A stretch of 27,033 nucleotides of DNA, taken from a virus (lineage: Duplodnaviria; Caudoviricetes). Each line of letters begins with the position of its first letter. Positions within the stretch are counted from its first letter, which is position 1. Location of the stretch: positions 1-27,033 of the IMG/VR virus record IMGVR_UViG_3300032295_001128; one strand, 5' to 3'. A program made the position numbers and the translations under genes. Below, piece after piece: positions 1-9,391 of the stretch. The notes under the pieces are model-generated. The model was not told the origin of the DNA. It worked only from the letters and a program-made list of their open reading frames with translations, and did no database searches.

Positions 1-128
1 AACGCAACGGATGGGAGCGGTATACTCCCGACCAAGACGCTGATGTCGAACCTGTGCTGCCGGTCAACGCTTTGACCGAACGCACCCGCCGCCGTAGGGA
101 GGTTGTCAATGTCCACCACAGCGGGTGA
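1..128 (+). CDS. 3' end of small hypothetical phage protein (partial)
   Basis: Frame from nt 3 reads RNGWERYTPDQDADVEPVLPVNALTERTRRRREVVNVHHSG*, overlapping the next gene. Confidence 0.6.
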   Translation, partial: RNGWERYTPDQDADVEPVLPVNALTERTRRRREVVNVHHSG

Positions 129-822
129 CCAAATCAATCGCGCCCTGCGTCTGCTGGGCGTGTTGGCGGAAGGCGAAACGTCTTCTGCTGCTGTCTCGCA
201 AGACGCGCTGACAGCGCTAAACCAGATGATCGAAAGTTGGAATACCGAACGATTGTCGGTGTTTTCAACGCAAGACCAAGTGTTCACTTGGCCTACCAGC
301 ACGATCAGCCGCACGTTGGGGCCAACGGGCGACTTTGTGGGCAACCGCCCCATCCTGCTGGACGACGCGACGTATTTCCGCGACCCCGGCACAAACGTCA
401 GCTTTGGCATCAAGCTGATCAACCAGCAACAGTACGACGGCATCGCGGTCAAGACCGTGACCTCGACGTACCCGCAGGTGCTATGGGTCAACATGACCTA
501 CCCCAACATCGAGATGTACATCTACCCAGTGCCTACGCGGCTGCTGGAGTGGCACTTCGTCTCGGTGGAAGAGTTGACGCAACCAGCCACGCTGTCCACG
601 ATCCTGTCGTTTCCACCCGGATATTTGCGGGCGTTCGTCTACAACTTGGCGATGGAAATTGCGCCTGAGTTTGGTGTCGAGCCTTCGCCACAGGTGGTAC
701 GGATTGCCATGACGTCCAAGCGCAACCTCAAGCGCATCAACAACCCGGACGACGTGATGAGCCTGCCGTACTCGATTGTGGCGACGCGCCAGCGGTTCAA
801 CATTTATGCTGGCAACTACTGA
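109..822 (+). CDS. Head-tail adaptor / packaged DNA stabilization protein (P22 gp4-like)
   Basis: GGAGG RBS at 98-102; N-terminal TAGDQINRALRLLGVLAEGE...DALTALNQMIESW and C-terminal YNLAMEIAPEFG typical of this family; lies before the gp10-like gene. Confidence 0.75.
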   Translation: MSTTAGDQINRALRLLGVLAEGETSSAAVSQDALTALNQMIESWNTERLSVFSTQDQVFTWPTSTISRTLGPTGDFVGNRPILLDDATYFRDPGTNVSFGIKLINQQQYDGIAVKTVTSTYPQVLWVNMTYPNIEMYIYPVPTRLLEWHFVSVEELTQPATLSTILSFPPGYLRAFVYNLAMEIAPEFGVEPSPQVVRIAMTSKRNLKRINNPDDVMSLPYSIVATRQRFNIYAGNY

Positions 823-1075
823 GCCTAAAGTTGCCAAGCATGTCATCCGTTGGTTTTTGAAAACCACGGGATTTGCCGGCATCACGTTGCCGCCGCTGGG
901 CGTCTACATCATCGCCGAGCGCATGGACGACGTGCAGCTTGCGCGTCATGAACAGCGCCATTGGGCGCAGGCGCGAGAGATGGGCGTGCTGCGTTGGTAC
1001 GCGGTCTATGCGTGGTACAGCATCCGCTACGGTTACCGAAACAACCCCCTCGAAGTTGACGCGAGGTCGGCATGA
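806..1075 (+). CDS. Small HExxH zincin-like metallopeptidase-domain protein
   Basis: AGITL...HEQRHWAQ...GYRNNPLEVDA motif pattern; ATGA-coupled to next gene. Confidence 0.65.
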   Translation: MLATTEPKVAKHVIRWFLKTTGFAGITLPPLGVYIIAERMDDVQLARHEQRHWAQAREMGVLRWYAVYAWYSIRYGYRNNPLEVDARSA

Positions 1076-2610
1076 AGACGCCAATTCTTGGGTCTAGCTA
1101 TGTGGCTCGCAGTGTCAACGCTGCGGATAGTCGCATGGTCAATCTGTTCCCGGAAATCGTGCCGGAAGCAGGTAAGGAGCCGGCGTTTCTTAACCGCGCA
1201 CCTGGGCTGCGGCTGCTGGCCACGCTCGGCACTGGGCCGGTGCGCGGTCTGTGGTCGTTCTCAAACGATGCTACTACTGCGTTTGTCGTCAGCGGCACGC
1301 AGTTGTACAAAATCAACACCAGTTACGCCGCGACGCTGCTGGGCACAGTGGCCGGCACGGGGCCGGTCAGTATGGCCGACAACGGCACTCAACTGTTTGT
1401 TGCAGCCAACGGCCCCAGCTACATCTACAACAACTCGACCAACGTCTTTGCGCCGATCACTGACCCAGACTTTCCTGGCGCGGCGACCGTAGGCTATCTC
1501 GACGGGTACTTTGTATTCAACGAGCCCAGCAGCCAGAAGATTTGGATCACAAGCCTGCTCGACGGCACCAGCGTTGACCCACTCGATTTTGCCAGCGCCG
1601 AAGGCTCACCTGACGGCGTGGTGTCGGTGCTGTCGAACTTCCGCGAGATCTGGGTCTTTGGCACCAGCAGCGTAGAGGTTTGGTACAACACGGGCGCCTC
1701 AGATTTTCCGCTCCAGCGCATCCAAGGCGCATTCAACGAACTGGGTTGCGCTGCGCCATACTCGGTAGCTAAGGCGGACAACGGCGTTTTCTGGCTGGGC
1801 TCCGACGCCCGTGGCCACGGCATGGTTTACAGAGCCAACGGCTACACCGGTCAGCGCATCAGTACGCACGCGGTCGAGTGGCACATCCAGCAGTACGGCA
1901 ATCTAGCCGACGCGATTGGGTACACCTACCAGCAAGACGGCCACAGCTTTTACGTGCTGATCTTCCCCAGCGCCGACACCACTTGGGTGTATGACGTCGC
2001 CACGGGCGCGTGGCATGAGCGTGCCGGCTGGAGCAACGGTGCGTTCACGCGCCATTGGTCGAACTGCCAGATGTTCTTCAACAACGAAGTCATCGTCGGC
2101 GACTACCAGAACGGCAACATCTACGCTTTTGATCTTGAGGATTACTCGGACAACGGCCAGATCCAGCGCTGGTATCGGACGTGGCGGGCGTTGCCGACTG
2201 GGCAGAACAATCTGAAGCGCACCGCGCACCACACGCTACAGATCGATTTGGAGTCGGGTGTCGGCCTTACCGGCTCCATGATTGCGGAGACGATATACCT
2301 TCAGACTGAAAACGACGAGTATCTTGTAACCGAGTCTGACGACTACCTGATCTCAGATGACCTGACGCCTGTGACCCAAGGCAGCGACCCGCAGGTCATG
2401 CTGCGCTGGAGCGACGATGGCGGCCACACTTGGTCGAACGAGCACTGGTCCGGCATCGGCAAGATCGGCGAGTATTACCGCCGCGTGTTTTTCCGCCGCC
2501 TGGGCATGACGCTCAAGCTGCGCGACCGGGTGTACGAACTGTCCGGCACCGACCCCGTAAAAATTGCCATCGTGGGGGCTGAACTCATCATCAGCCCGAC
2601 GAACGCCTAA
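1072..2610 (+). CDS. Tail hub / packaged DNA stabilization protein (P22 gp10-like)
   Basis: 512 aa beta-rich protein; VNLFPE, FASAEGSPD, WLGSD, YQQDGHSFYVL and LRWSDDGGHTW motifs. Confidence 0.85.
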   Translation: MKTPILGSSYVARSVNAADSRMVNLFPEIVPEAGKEPAFLNRAPGLRLLATLGTGPVRGLWSFSNDATTAFVVSGTQLYKINTSYAATLLGTVAGTGPVSMADNGTQLFVAANGPSYIYNNSTNVFAPITDPDFPGAATVGYLDGYFVFNEPSSQKIWITSLLDGTSVDPLDFASAEGSPDGVVSVLSNFREIWVFGTSSVEVWYNTGASDFPLQRIQGAFNELGCAAPYSVAKADNGVFWLGSDARGHGMVYRANGYTGQRISTHAVEWHIQQYGNLADAIGYTYQQDGHSFYVLIFPSADTTWVYDVATGAWHERAGWSNGAFTRHWSNCQMFFNNEVIVGDYQNGNIYAFDLEDYSDNGQIQRWYRTWRALPTGQNNLKRTAHHTLQIDLESGVGLTGSMIAETIYLQTENDEYLVTESDDYLISDDLTPVTQGSDPQVMLRWSDDGGHTWSNEHWSGIGKIGEYYRRVFFRRLGMTLKLRDRVYELSGTDPVKIAIVGAELIISPTNA

Positions 2611-3380
2611 TGGCTACGTCGCCCAGCGCCACCCCAACGCCGATCACCCCACCTCGGGTGCCGATCATTGACCCCCGCACGGGGTTGATCGATCGCGCTT
2701 GGTATCAGTTCTTTTTGTCGCTGTTTCGGGCGTCTGAAACCGCGCTCGATAGCCAAGACTTAGGCCCGCCAGTACAAGACCTGAGCGGCGACTTCAGCAA
2801 TTTGTACGACCAAGCGCAGCTTGCGTCGATGATGGCGCGGTACGACGACTGCTGTCGTGTGCTGGAGCAGCGTCTGGACACGCTGCCGTCTGACCAAGCT
2901 GAAGGGCTGCAGGCCCAGATTGACAGCGTGCGTCAGGAAGTGCAGACGTTGCCCAACGACGCGCTGCAACCGCAAATTGCCGAGTTGCAAAAGCAGATTG
3001 AAGCATTGCAAGTTCAACCAATCGTTGACGCAGGGGCAATCAGCGCGGCCATCGCTGCGTTGTCAAGCGCTCCGGTAACGTACACGGCCAACTTCTCGGT
3101 TGCCAACGGCGAGACTTGGCTGATCAACAACAAGTCAGGGTCGTCCTGCACCGCGACGCTGCCGACTGCCAGCACCAGCACAGGCCGCACGTTGCACTTT
3201 CAAAACTACCAGGCGCAGACGCTGGTGTCAGCGTCGAGTAATGTAGTGCCATTGGCCGGCGGGGCTGCGACGACGGCTATTTTGGAAGCTGTTGCCGGAG
3301 CAAATGCCACGTTGGTTTCTGACGGCACAAATTGGATAATGACGCAGTACGACTCCAACAACGCGCTGCAACTGGAGTAA
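2610..3380 (+). CDS. Putative tail needle/fibre-like virion protein
   Basis: Position after gp10-like gene; central heptad coiled coil and C-terminal beta domain (LVSDGTNWI). Confidence 0.55.
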   Translation: MATSPSATPTPITPPRVPIIDPRTGLIDRAWYQFFLSLFRASETALDSQDLGPPVQDLSGDFSNLYDQAQLASMMARYDDCCRVLEQRLDTLPSDQAEGLQAQIDSVRQEVQTLPNDALQPQIAELQKQIEALQVQPIVDAGAISAAIAALSSAPVTYTANFSVANGETWLINNKSGSSCTATLPTASTSTGRTLHFQNYQAQTLVSASSNVVPLAGGAATTAILEAVAGANATLVSDGTNWIMTQYDSNNALQLE

Positions 3381-3389
3381 GGAGCCACC

Positions 3390-3728
3390 ATGACAGTTAC
3401 CGTTCGCGTACTGATTCCGGCCAAGACCGCCGAGAACAGCCAAACCACGCAGTACACCGCCACGGGCGTTACGACCATCATCGACAAGTTCACCGCGACG
3501 AACTACAGCGCCAGCGCTGCGACGATCAGCGTGAATTTGGTTACGCTGGCCGACACCGCAGGCAACCAGAACCTGATCGTCAAGACCAAGACGCTACAGG
3601 CCAGCGAGACGTACACGTTCCCGGAACTGGTCGGCCATGTGCTTGCGCCCAGCGGGTTCATCTCTACAATCGCCGGCACGGCAAGCGCCATCAACATCCG
3701 CGCTTCCGGGCGCGAGGTGACATCTTGA
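3390..3728 (+). CDS. Hypothetical virion-associated protein
   Basis: AAGGAG RBS; Thr-rich beta protein within the tail module. Confidence 0.7.
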   Translation: MTVTVRVLIPAKTAENSQTTQYTATGVTTIIDKFTATNYSASAATISVNLVTLADTAGNQNLIVKTKTLQASETYTFPELVGHVLAPSGFISTIAGTASAINIRASGREVTS

Positions 3729-4096
3729 CCACTCGGCTAGTGCCCAACCGTAGCGAAGCACTGCAAGTCGGTTACGCGGCTACGGATTGGTCACGCCCAA
3801 TAGATTTTGACACCTACGCAGCAGCGGTGGCGGATTGGGACGTCAAAGCCATTGAGCGTGACGGCCAGTGCATCGGCGCGGCGTTTTTCAAAGATGACGA
3901 AGTACACGCCTCTGTGGCGCCTGAGTGGCGTAAGCGCTGGGCGACCAAGGGTGTGTTGAAAGAGCTGTTTGCCAAGGACCGCGTGACCACTCGCGTGACG
4001 CCGGGGCATGAGTACATGAACGACATCCTCAAGCGGTTGGGGTTCACTGAACAGCCTGACGGGATGTTTGTAAAGGAGGCTCATCATGGGCATTGA
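3725..4096 (+). CDS. GNAT-like fold protein (P22 gp14-like position)
   Basis: TTG start overlapping previous stop; EVHASVAPEWRKRW...ILKRLGF pattern; precedes ejection genes. Confidence 0.55.
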   Translation: MTTRLVPNRSEALQVGYAATDWSRPIDFDTYAAAVADWDVKAIERDGQCIGAAFFKDDEVHASVAPEWRKRWATKGVLKELFAKDRVTTRVTPGHEYMNDILKRLGFTEQPDGMFVKEAHHGH

Positions 4097-4829
4097 AGCC
4101 GCCATCATCGGTTCGGCAGTTCTGGGCGCTGCGTCTTCCCGAAGCGCCGCAAAGACGCAGGCCGGCGCAGCGCAGTCCGCCGCCGACGCGCAACTGCAGG
4201 CAAGCCGCGAGGCCAACGCGCTGCAGCAGCGCGTCTACGAAGAAAACATCGCCCGCCAGCAGCCGTTCCTGCAGACCGGCACCGAGTTCTTCAATCGACT
4301 GGCGGCGGTGCAGCGTGGCGGCCCCGAGGCGCAGCAGTTCCTGCAGATGGACCCCGGCTATCAGTTCCGTCTGAGCGAAGGCATGAAGGCGCTGGATCGT
4401 CAGGCTGCGGCGCGTGGTGGGCTGATCTCAGGCGGCGCCTTGAAGGCCGCGCAGCGGTACGGCCAAGACCTCGGCTCGCAAGAGTACGGCGCGGCGTACA
4501 ACCGGCTGGCCAGCCTTGCTAACGTCGGCCCGCAAGCGGCTGGTGTGATGAGCAACCTCGGCCAGAACTTCGCCGGTCAGTACGGCCAGAACCTGATGGC
4601 TGGTGGCCAAGCCGCCGCGCAGGGTCTGATGGGCGCGGGGGCCGCACGGGCGTCGGGCTACATGGGCGGCGCTAACGCGCTGACCGGGGCGCTGGGGTCG
4701 TACCTCAACTACAACCAGAACCAGCAGCTACTTAATCGCCTGTTGCCGCAGCAGCAGGGCATGGGGTATACAACTGAGCCTGGGTTTGTGAACACGCCGT
4801 CGTACTTGGTCACGCCAGGCGGGGGTTAA
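4086..4829 (+). CDS. DNA ejection/transfer protein (P22 gp7-like)
   Basis: AAGGAGG RBS; Gly/Ala/Gln-rich with hydrophobic N-terminus and DPGYQFRL...AAARGGLISGGALKA motif. Confidence 0.75.
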   Translation: MGIEAAIIGSAVLGAASSRSAAKTQAGAAQSAADAQLQASREANALQQRVYEENIARQQPFLQTGTEFFNRLAAVQRGGPEAQQFLQMDPGYQFRLSEGMKALDRQAAARGGLISGGALKAAQRYGQDLGSQEYGAAYNRLASLANVGPQAAGVMSNLGQNFAGQYGQNLMAGGQAAAQGLMGAGAARASGYMGGANALTGALGSYLNYNQNQQLLNRLLPQQQGMGYTTEPGFVNTPSYLVTPGGG

Positions 4830-4838
4830 GGAGTCACT

Positions 4839-6179
4839 ATGCCACTCGATCCAGTCATCGCCGGGGGCTTCCGAGGGCTGCAGTTGCAAGACCCTCTGGA
4901 GCAGTACGCCCGCGTCAGCCAAATCCAGAACGCTCAGCAGCAGAACCAGTTGGCGCAACAGCAAAACCAACTGAACGCGCTGAAGATGCAAGAGTACCAG
5001 CGCGAGGTCGAGCAACAGAACAGGCTGCGCGAGTTCATCCCCACGCTCACGCCGCAGAACAGAAGCCAGTTGCTGTCGTATGGTGCACCTGGGCGGCAGG
5101 CGTATGAATCGATGCTAAAGAATGAGAAAGACCTCCGCGAAGCCCAGAAGGCAGAAGTGGATGTTGCCGCTGCCCGGATGAAGCAGTCGCGTGACTTGCT
5201 GCCTTCGGTGACGACGCCCGAGGCGTATGCAAACTGGCGCAGTTACACCCTGCAAAACTTGCCGGGTTTGTCAAACCTCATCCCCGAACAATACTCGCCA
5301 GAAACCGTGCGAGGGTTGATGCTGGAGGCCGATAAGGCACTGGAGCAGCACTTCGTCAGCCAGAACTTGGGTGGTGCGCAGCGACTTATTGCAACGCCGA
5401 AGTACGGTCAGGGTGCGGCGCAAGTGGTGCCGGGCTCGTATGCGACTGAAGTGCCATTGCCCGCTGATGTTGTGGCGCAGAAAGCGGTGGTTGCAAAGGC
5501 CGGTGCACCGGTCACCAACGTCGCTGTCAGCACTGAGAGAAAGTATGCTGAACGGTTCGGTGGTTTGATCGCAGACGCAGACGCCGCCAAGCTGACTGCC
5601 GCTGAAGGCGCCCCTGCTGCCGCAGCGACTGCTGACCGCGTGATGGACCTGATCTCGACTGGCAAGGTCATCACAGGCACTGGTGCGAACGTCCGGTTGC
5701 AGGTCGCCAAGGCGCTCAACCTAGCCGGTGGCACTGACGCCGAGAAGATCAAGAACACCGAGGTGCTGATCTCTTCGCTGGCCGAGACAACGCTGGGCGC
5801 CATCAAGTCGTCCAACCTCGGCGCGGGCCAGGGCTTCACCAACGCCGATCGGGACTTCTTGGAGAAGGCCAAGGCTGGTCAGATCACCTACGACGCGAAG
5901 TCGCTCACGGAGTTGGCTCGTCTGTCCCGACTCGCCGCCGAGAAGAGCGCCGAGACTTGGAACACCCGAGTCAAACAGATCCCCGCCAGCGCCCTTCAAG
6001 GAACAGGCATCTCCACTGAGCCCATCGTGGTGCCCAAGCGTGGTCAACAAAGTGCTGCGGGCGCTGGTGCTATACCTGACGCAGCGATCCAATACTTGCG
6101 GGCCAATCCTGGGATGCGGGCTGAGTTTGATGCCAAATATGGTGCTGGCGCAGCGGCCCGTGTGCTTGGAGGCAAGTGA
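4839..6179 (+). CDS. DNA ejection protein (gp20-like)
   Basis: AAGGAG RBS; Gln/Ala-rich helical protein ending FDAKYGAGAAARVLG; second of three ejection genes. Confidence 0.6.
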   Translation: MPLDPVIAGGFRGLQLQDPLEQYARVSQIQNAQQQNQLAQQQNQLNALKMQEYQREVEQQNRLREFIPTLTPQNRSQLLSYGAPGRQAYESMLKNEKDLREAQKAEVDVAAARMKQSRDLLPSVTTPEAYANWRSYTLQNLPGLSNLIPEQYSPETVRGLMLEADKALEQHFVSQNLGGAQRLIATPKYGQGAAQVVPGSYATEVPLPADVVAQKAVVAKAGAPVTNVAVSTERKYAERFGGLIADADAAKLTAAEGAPAAAATADRVMDLISTGKVITGTGANVRLQVAKALNLAGGTDAEKIKNTEVLISSLAETTLGAIKSSNLGAGQGFTNADRDFLEKAKAGQITYDAKSLTELARLSRLAAEKSAETWNTRVKQIPASALQGTGISTEPIVVPKRGQQSAAGAGAIPDAAIQYLRANPGMRAEFDAKYGAGAAARVLGGK

Positions 6180-8110
6180 TGGCAAAAAACCCGTTTGATC
6201 AATTCGACGCGCCTGCCGCCAATCCTTTTGATCGATTCGACCCGTCTGCGCCTACCGGCGGCATCCCCGGGCCGCGCCGCAGCTACGGGTTAGCCGAGGT
6301 GCCTGTTGAGGCGGTCAAGAACCTACCCGGCAGCGCAAGCCAGTTCGTCGGCGGTGTCGTGCAGGCGGTGACCAGTCCAATCCAGACTCTCACCAGCATC
6401 CTCGATGCCGGTGCCGGGGCGCTGCGCAATTCGCTGCCGCAGGGCGTGGTCAACTTCATCGACCGGTTCGACACCAACCCCCAGGCCACGCAACGCGCTG
6501 TCCAGACGGCCAACGCCATCGGCGGCATGTACAAGGATCGGTACGGCAGCTACGAGGGCATCAAGCGCACGTTTGCCGAAGACCCCGTGGGGGCCGCTGC
6601 TGACCTGTCAACGCTGCTCACTGGCGGTGGGGCTGCTGCCTCCAAAGTCGGACTGACAAAGACTGGCGCAGCCTTGAGCACGGCTGGCGGTGCCATCAAC
6701 CCCATGCGCCCGGTTGCGCCGCTCATCGAGCAGCCTGTCAAGCTGGCAGCCAAGGGTGTGGGTGCGGTCTACAACGCCCTCGACCCGAAGGCAACGGCGT
6801 ACCTGACTGCCGTGGAAGGTCGCGGCCCCGAGGTGCTGAACGCCCTGCGACAACCGTCCGAGATCGTCCCGGGCAGTCTGCCCACTGCCGCCCAAGCTGC
6901 GGCGCCTGCAGGAGCCACTCGGTTCTCGGCGATGGGTGCGTCTGCTGCCAAGACCACACCGACTCCGTTCTATGAGCGGGCCGAAGCTCAGAAGGCAGCG
7001 CAGCTTGCTGCGGTGCAACAAGTCGGCAAGACCCCTGCGGAACTTGCAGCAGCAGAGGCCGCTCGCAGCGCCACGGCCAAGACCTTGTACGGCATTTCCG
7101 ACAAGGCGATGGTGGCAGCAGACGACACGTTTGCCACGCTGCTGAACCGCCCCTCGATGGACAAGGTGATCGCCCGTGCCGGTGACTTGGCTGCGGAGAA
7201 GGGCCAACCCTTCCAGATCGGTCAGAACCGTCCTGCCCAGGTTGTCCCGTCTGCAATCGTTGACGAAGCAGGGCGCCCGTTGGGTCAGACCGTGATTCCG
7301 GGTGAGGTGGCGCAATACCCGGGCAGCAGTCTTCACGCCATGAAGATGGCCTTCGACGACCTGATCAAGAACCCTGAGCGGTTCGGAATCGGTGCCGCCG
7401 AGGTGGGTGCGATCAAGGGCACCCGGGCGCAGTTCCTCAACTGGGTTGAGGACAAGGCCCCGATGTACCGGGTGGCGCGGGGAACCTTTGCCGCACAGAG
7501 CAAGCCGATCAACCAGATGCAGGTCGGCCAGTTCCTCGAAGGCAAACTTGTTCCTGCGCTGGGTGAGGAAACCGCCCGCCTGCGGGCCGCAGGGTACGCT
7601 GGCGCATTGGAAAACGCCCCAGGCACCATCAAGCGGGCCACCGGTGAAGCCCGGTTCCAGAACCTGTCAGACGTGCTTACACCGGATCAGATCAAGATCG
7701 TCGAGGATGTCCGCGCTGATCTGGCCCGTGCCCGTCAAACCGAGGTGCAGGCCACTGCTGCTCGTGGCGCTGGTCCTGACGTGAACCTGATGGGTACCGA
7801 GGTCATGGGCAACGTCCGCGCCCCGAACTTCATCAACAACGTGACCACGGTCGCCAACGATCTGCTGCGTCGGATGCAGGGCAAGCTGGATCAGAAGCTG
7901 GCCATTGAGTTGGCTGCTGAGATGCTCGACCCTGCAGCAGCCGCCAAGGCGCTGGAGAAGGCTATGGCCCGTCAGGCCAAGGGTCAGAAGATGGCTGATC
8001 CTTTCAAGAAGGCGGGCACTGCCGCGTCAAAAGTCTTGCGAACCCCTGCTGTTGTCAATATGCTTGCGCCGGCTGCGGAGGTTCAGAACTCGTTTGTGTC
8101 GGAGCAGTAA
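6179..8110 (+). CDS. DNA ejection protein (gp16-like)
   Basis: Begins NPFDQFD...NPFDRFD; Ala-rich 643 aa; third ejection gene. Confidence 0.6.
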   Translation: MAKNPFDQFDAPAANPFDRFDPSAPTGGIPGPRRSYGLAEVPVEAVKNLPGSASQFVGGVVQAVTSPIQTLTSILDAGAGALRNSLPQGVVNFIDRFDTNPQATQRAVQTANAIGGMYKDRYGSYEGIKRTFAEDPVGAAADLSTLLTGGGAAASKVGLTKTGAALSTAGGAINPMRPVAPLIEQPVKLAAKGVGAVYNALDPKATAYLTAVEGRGPEVLNALRQPSEIVPGSLPTAAQAAAPAGATRFSAMGASAAKTTPTPFYERAEAQKAAQLAAVQQVGKTPAELAAAEAARSATAKTLYGISDKAMVAADDTFATLLNRPSMDKVIARAGDLAAEKGQPFQIGQNRPAQVVPSAIVDEAGRPLGQTVIPGEVAQYPGSSLHAMKMAFDDLIKNPERFGIGAAEVGAIKGTRAQFLNWVEDKAPMYRVARGTFAAQSKPINQMQVGQFLEGKLVPALGEETARLRAAGYAGALENAPGTIKRATGEARFQNLSDVLTPDQIKIVEDVRADLARARQTEVQATAARGAGPDVNLMGTEVMGNVRAPNFINNVTTVANDLLRRMQGKLDQKLAIELAAEMLDPAAAAKALEKAMARQAKGQKMADPFKKAGTAASKVLRTPAVVNMLAPAAEVQNSFVSEQ

Positions 8111-8329
8111 ATGGAGTTCCAAAACGGTGAAATTGACCCGGTGAGGTACGGTGTCCTGTGGCAGAAAGTACAGGACATGGACAAGAAGGTGGACAAGATG
8201 GAACGCCAGCTTGAACAGCTTCTTGAACTGGCCAACAAGGGCAAAGGCGGCCTGTGGTTCGGCATGGCCATAGCGTCAGGTATCTCCGGGCTCATGGGAT
8301 TCCTCGTGAGCCACTGGAAAACAAACTGA
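8111..8329 (+). CDS. Small membrane protein of lysis region (coiled coil plus C-terminal TM helix)
   Basis: 72 aa; ANKGKGGLW followed by hydrophobic helix; directly upstream of the holin. Confidence 0.7.
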   Translation: MEFQNGEIDPVRYGVLWQKVQDMDKKVDKMERQLEQLLELANKGKGGLWFGMAIASGISGLMGFLVSHWKTN

Positions 8330-8335
8330 GGTGAC

Positions 8336-8737
8336 ATGAACCCACTTATCCTCGGCCCGATCCTAGAGGTCGGCAAGACGCTGCTGGACCGCTTTATCCC
8401 TGACCCGGAGAAGAAGCGAGAGGCCGAGATGGAACTGGTGCGGATGGCCGCCGAGGGTGAACTGAAGCAGACCATCGCGCAGCTTGAGATCAACGCCCGC
8501 GAGGCCACGCACGCCTCGGTGTTCGTCGCTGGCTGGCGCCCGTTCTTCGGATGGGCAGGTGGTGCTGGGTTCATCTACGCCACGATCCTGCAGCCGATGC
8601 TGGCTTGGGTGGCGACCATCAAGGGCTGGCCCACGCCGCCCATGCTGAACCTCGATCTGCTGTGGGTCGTCATCACCGGGATGCTCGGCATTGGTGGATT
8701 GAGGACGGTGGAGAAGTTCAAAGGAGTCACCAAGTGA
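8336..8737 (+). CDS. Holin (3TM / GTA-holin family)
   Basis: FVAGWRPFFGW and GMLGIGGLRTVEK signature; adjacent to endolysin. Confidence 0.8.
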   Translation: MNPLILGPILEVGKTLLDRFIPDPEKKREAEMELVRMAAEGELKQTIAQLEINAREATHASVFVAGWRPFFGWAGGAGFIYATILQPMLAWVATIKGWPTPPMLNLDLLWVVITGMLGIGGLRTVEKFKGVTK

Positions 8738-9096
8738 ACTGGTCCGACTACCCCAACTTCACCGAGGCCGAGTTCCGCTGCCGCCACTGCGGCAAGCAGG
8801 AGATGAAGCCCGAGTTCATGGGGCGTCTGCAAGCGCTGCGCGACGTCTACAAGCGCCCCATGAGCATCACGTCGGGCTACCGCTGCCCTGACCATCCTAT
8901 CGAGAAGGCCAAAACTGAGCCGGGTGTGCACTCGACTGGCCTAGCCTGCGACGTTGGCGTGCAGGGCGCTGACGCCCATGAACTGCTGCGGTTGGCGATG
9001 CACCTGGGCTTCACCGGCATCGGTGTGCAACAGAAAGGCGCGGGGCGCTTCATCCATCTGGACCTACGCGCCGCGCCTACGGTCTGGTCGTACTAG
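8734..9096 (+). CDS. Endolysin, peptidase M15 family
   Basis: GTG start with AAGGAG RBS; NFTEAEFRC, ITSGYRC, H-x6-D (HSTGLACD) and FIHLD zinc-peptidase motifs. Confidence 0.85.
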   Translation: MNWSDYPNFTEAEFRCRHCGKQEMKPEFMGRLQALRDVYKRPMSITSGYRCPDHPIEKAKTEPGVHSTGLACDVGVQGADAHELLRLAMHLGFTGIGVQQKGAGRFIHLDLRAAPTVWSY

Positions 9097-9311
9097 GCCG
9101 CGTAAAGCGCAGCCAGTGTCCCCATGATGACCACAACTGCGATGGCCAAGACAATCATGGGGATGCCGTCCTCTTTCCAGAACTCGCGTCTGTAAAAGTC
9201 GGGTTCTTCTTGGCCAAGTTCTGTGCAGCACTCGGCGGCTTGGGGGTGGCGGCCTTGCTGGTCGCAGCCGTTGGGAACTCGCGTGTGCTGAAGCGGTGCT
9301 TGTTCGCGCAT
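9093..9311 (-). CDS. Hypothetical protein with C-terminal TM helix
   Basis: AGGAG six nt before ATG; ends MIVLAIAVVVIMGTLAALYAA; overlaps 9155-9391 in another frame. Confidence 0.5.
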   Translation of the reverse strand: MREQAPLQHTRVPNGCDQQGRHPQAAECCTELGQEEPDFYRREFWKEDGIPMIVLAIAVVVIMGTLAALYAA

Positions 9312-9391
9312 GTGTATCTCCTGTAGGTGTAGCCTTTTCGCTGTCTGGTTTCTATAACTTCCACCCATGCATTGCAAGTAGGGCATTTCAT
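9155..9391 (-). CDS. Zinc-ribbon protein (NrdR N-terminal-like)
   Basis: MKCPTC...VIETR...RRYTCANKHRFSTRE; ATGA-coupled to upstream gene. Confidence 0.7.
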   Translation of the reverse strand: MKCPTCNAWVEVIETRQRKGYTYRRYTCANKHRFSTREFPTAATSKAATPKPPSAAQNLAKKNPTFTDASSGKRTASP

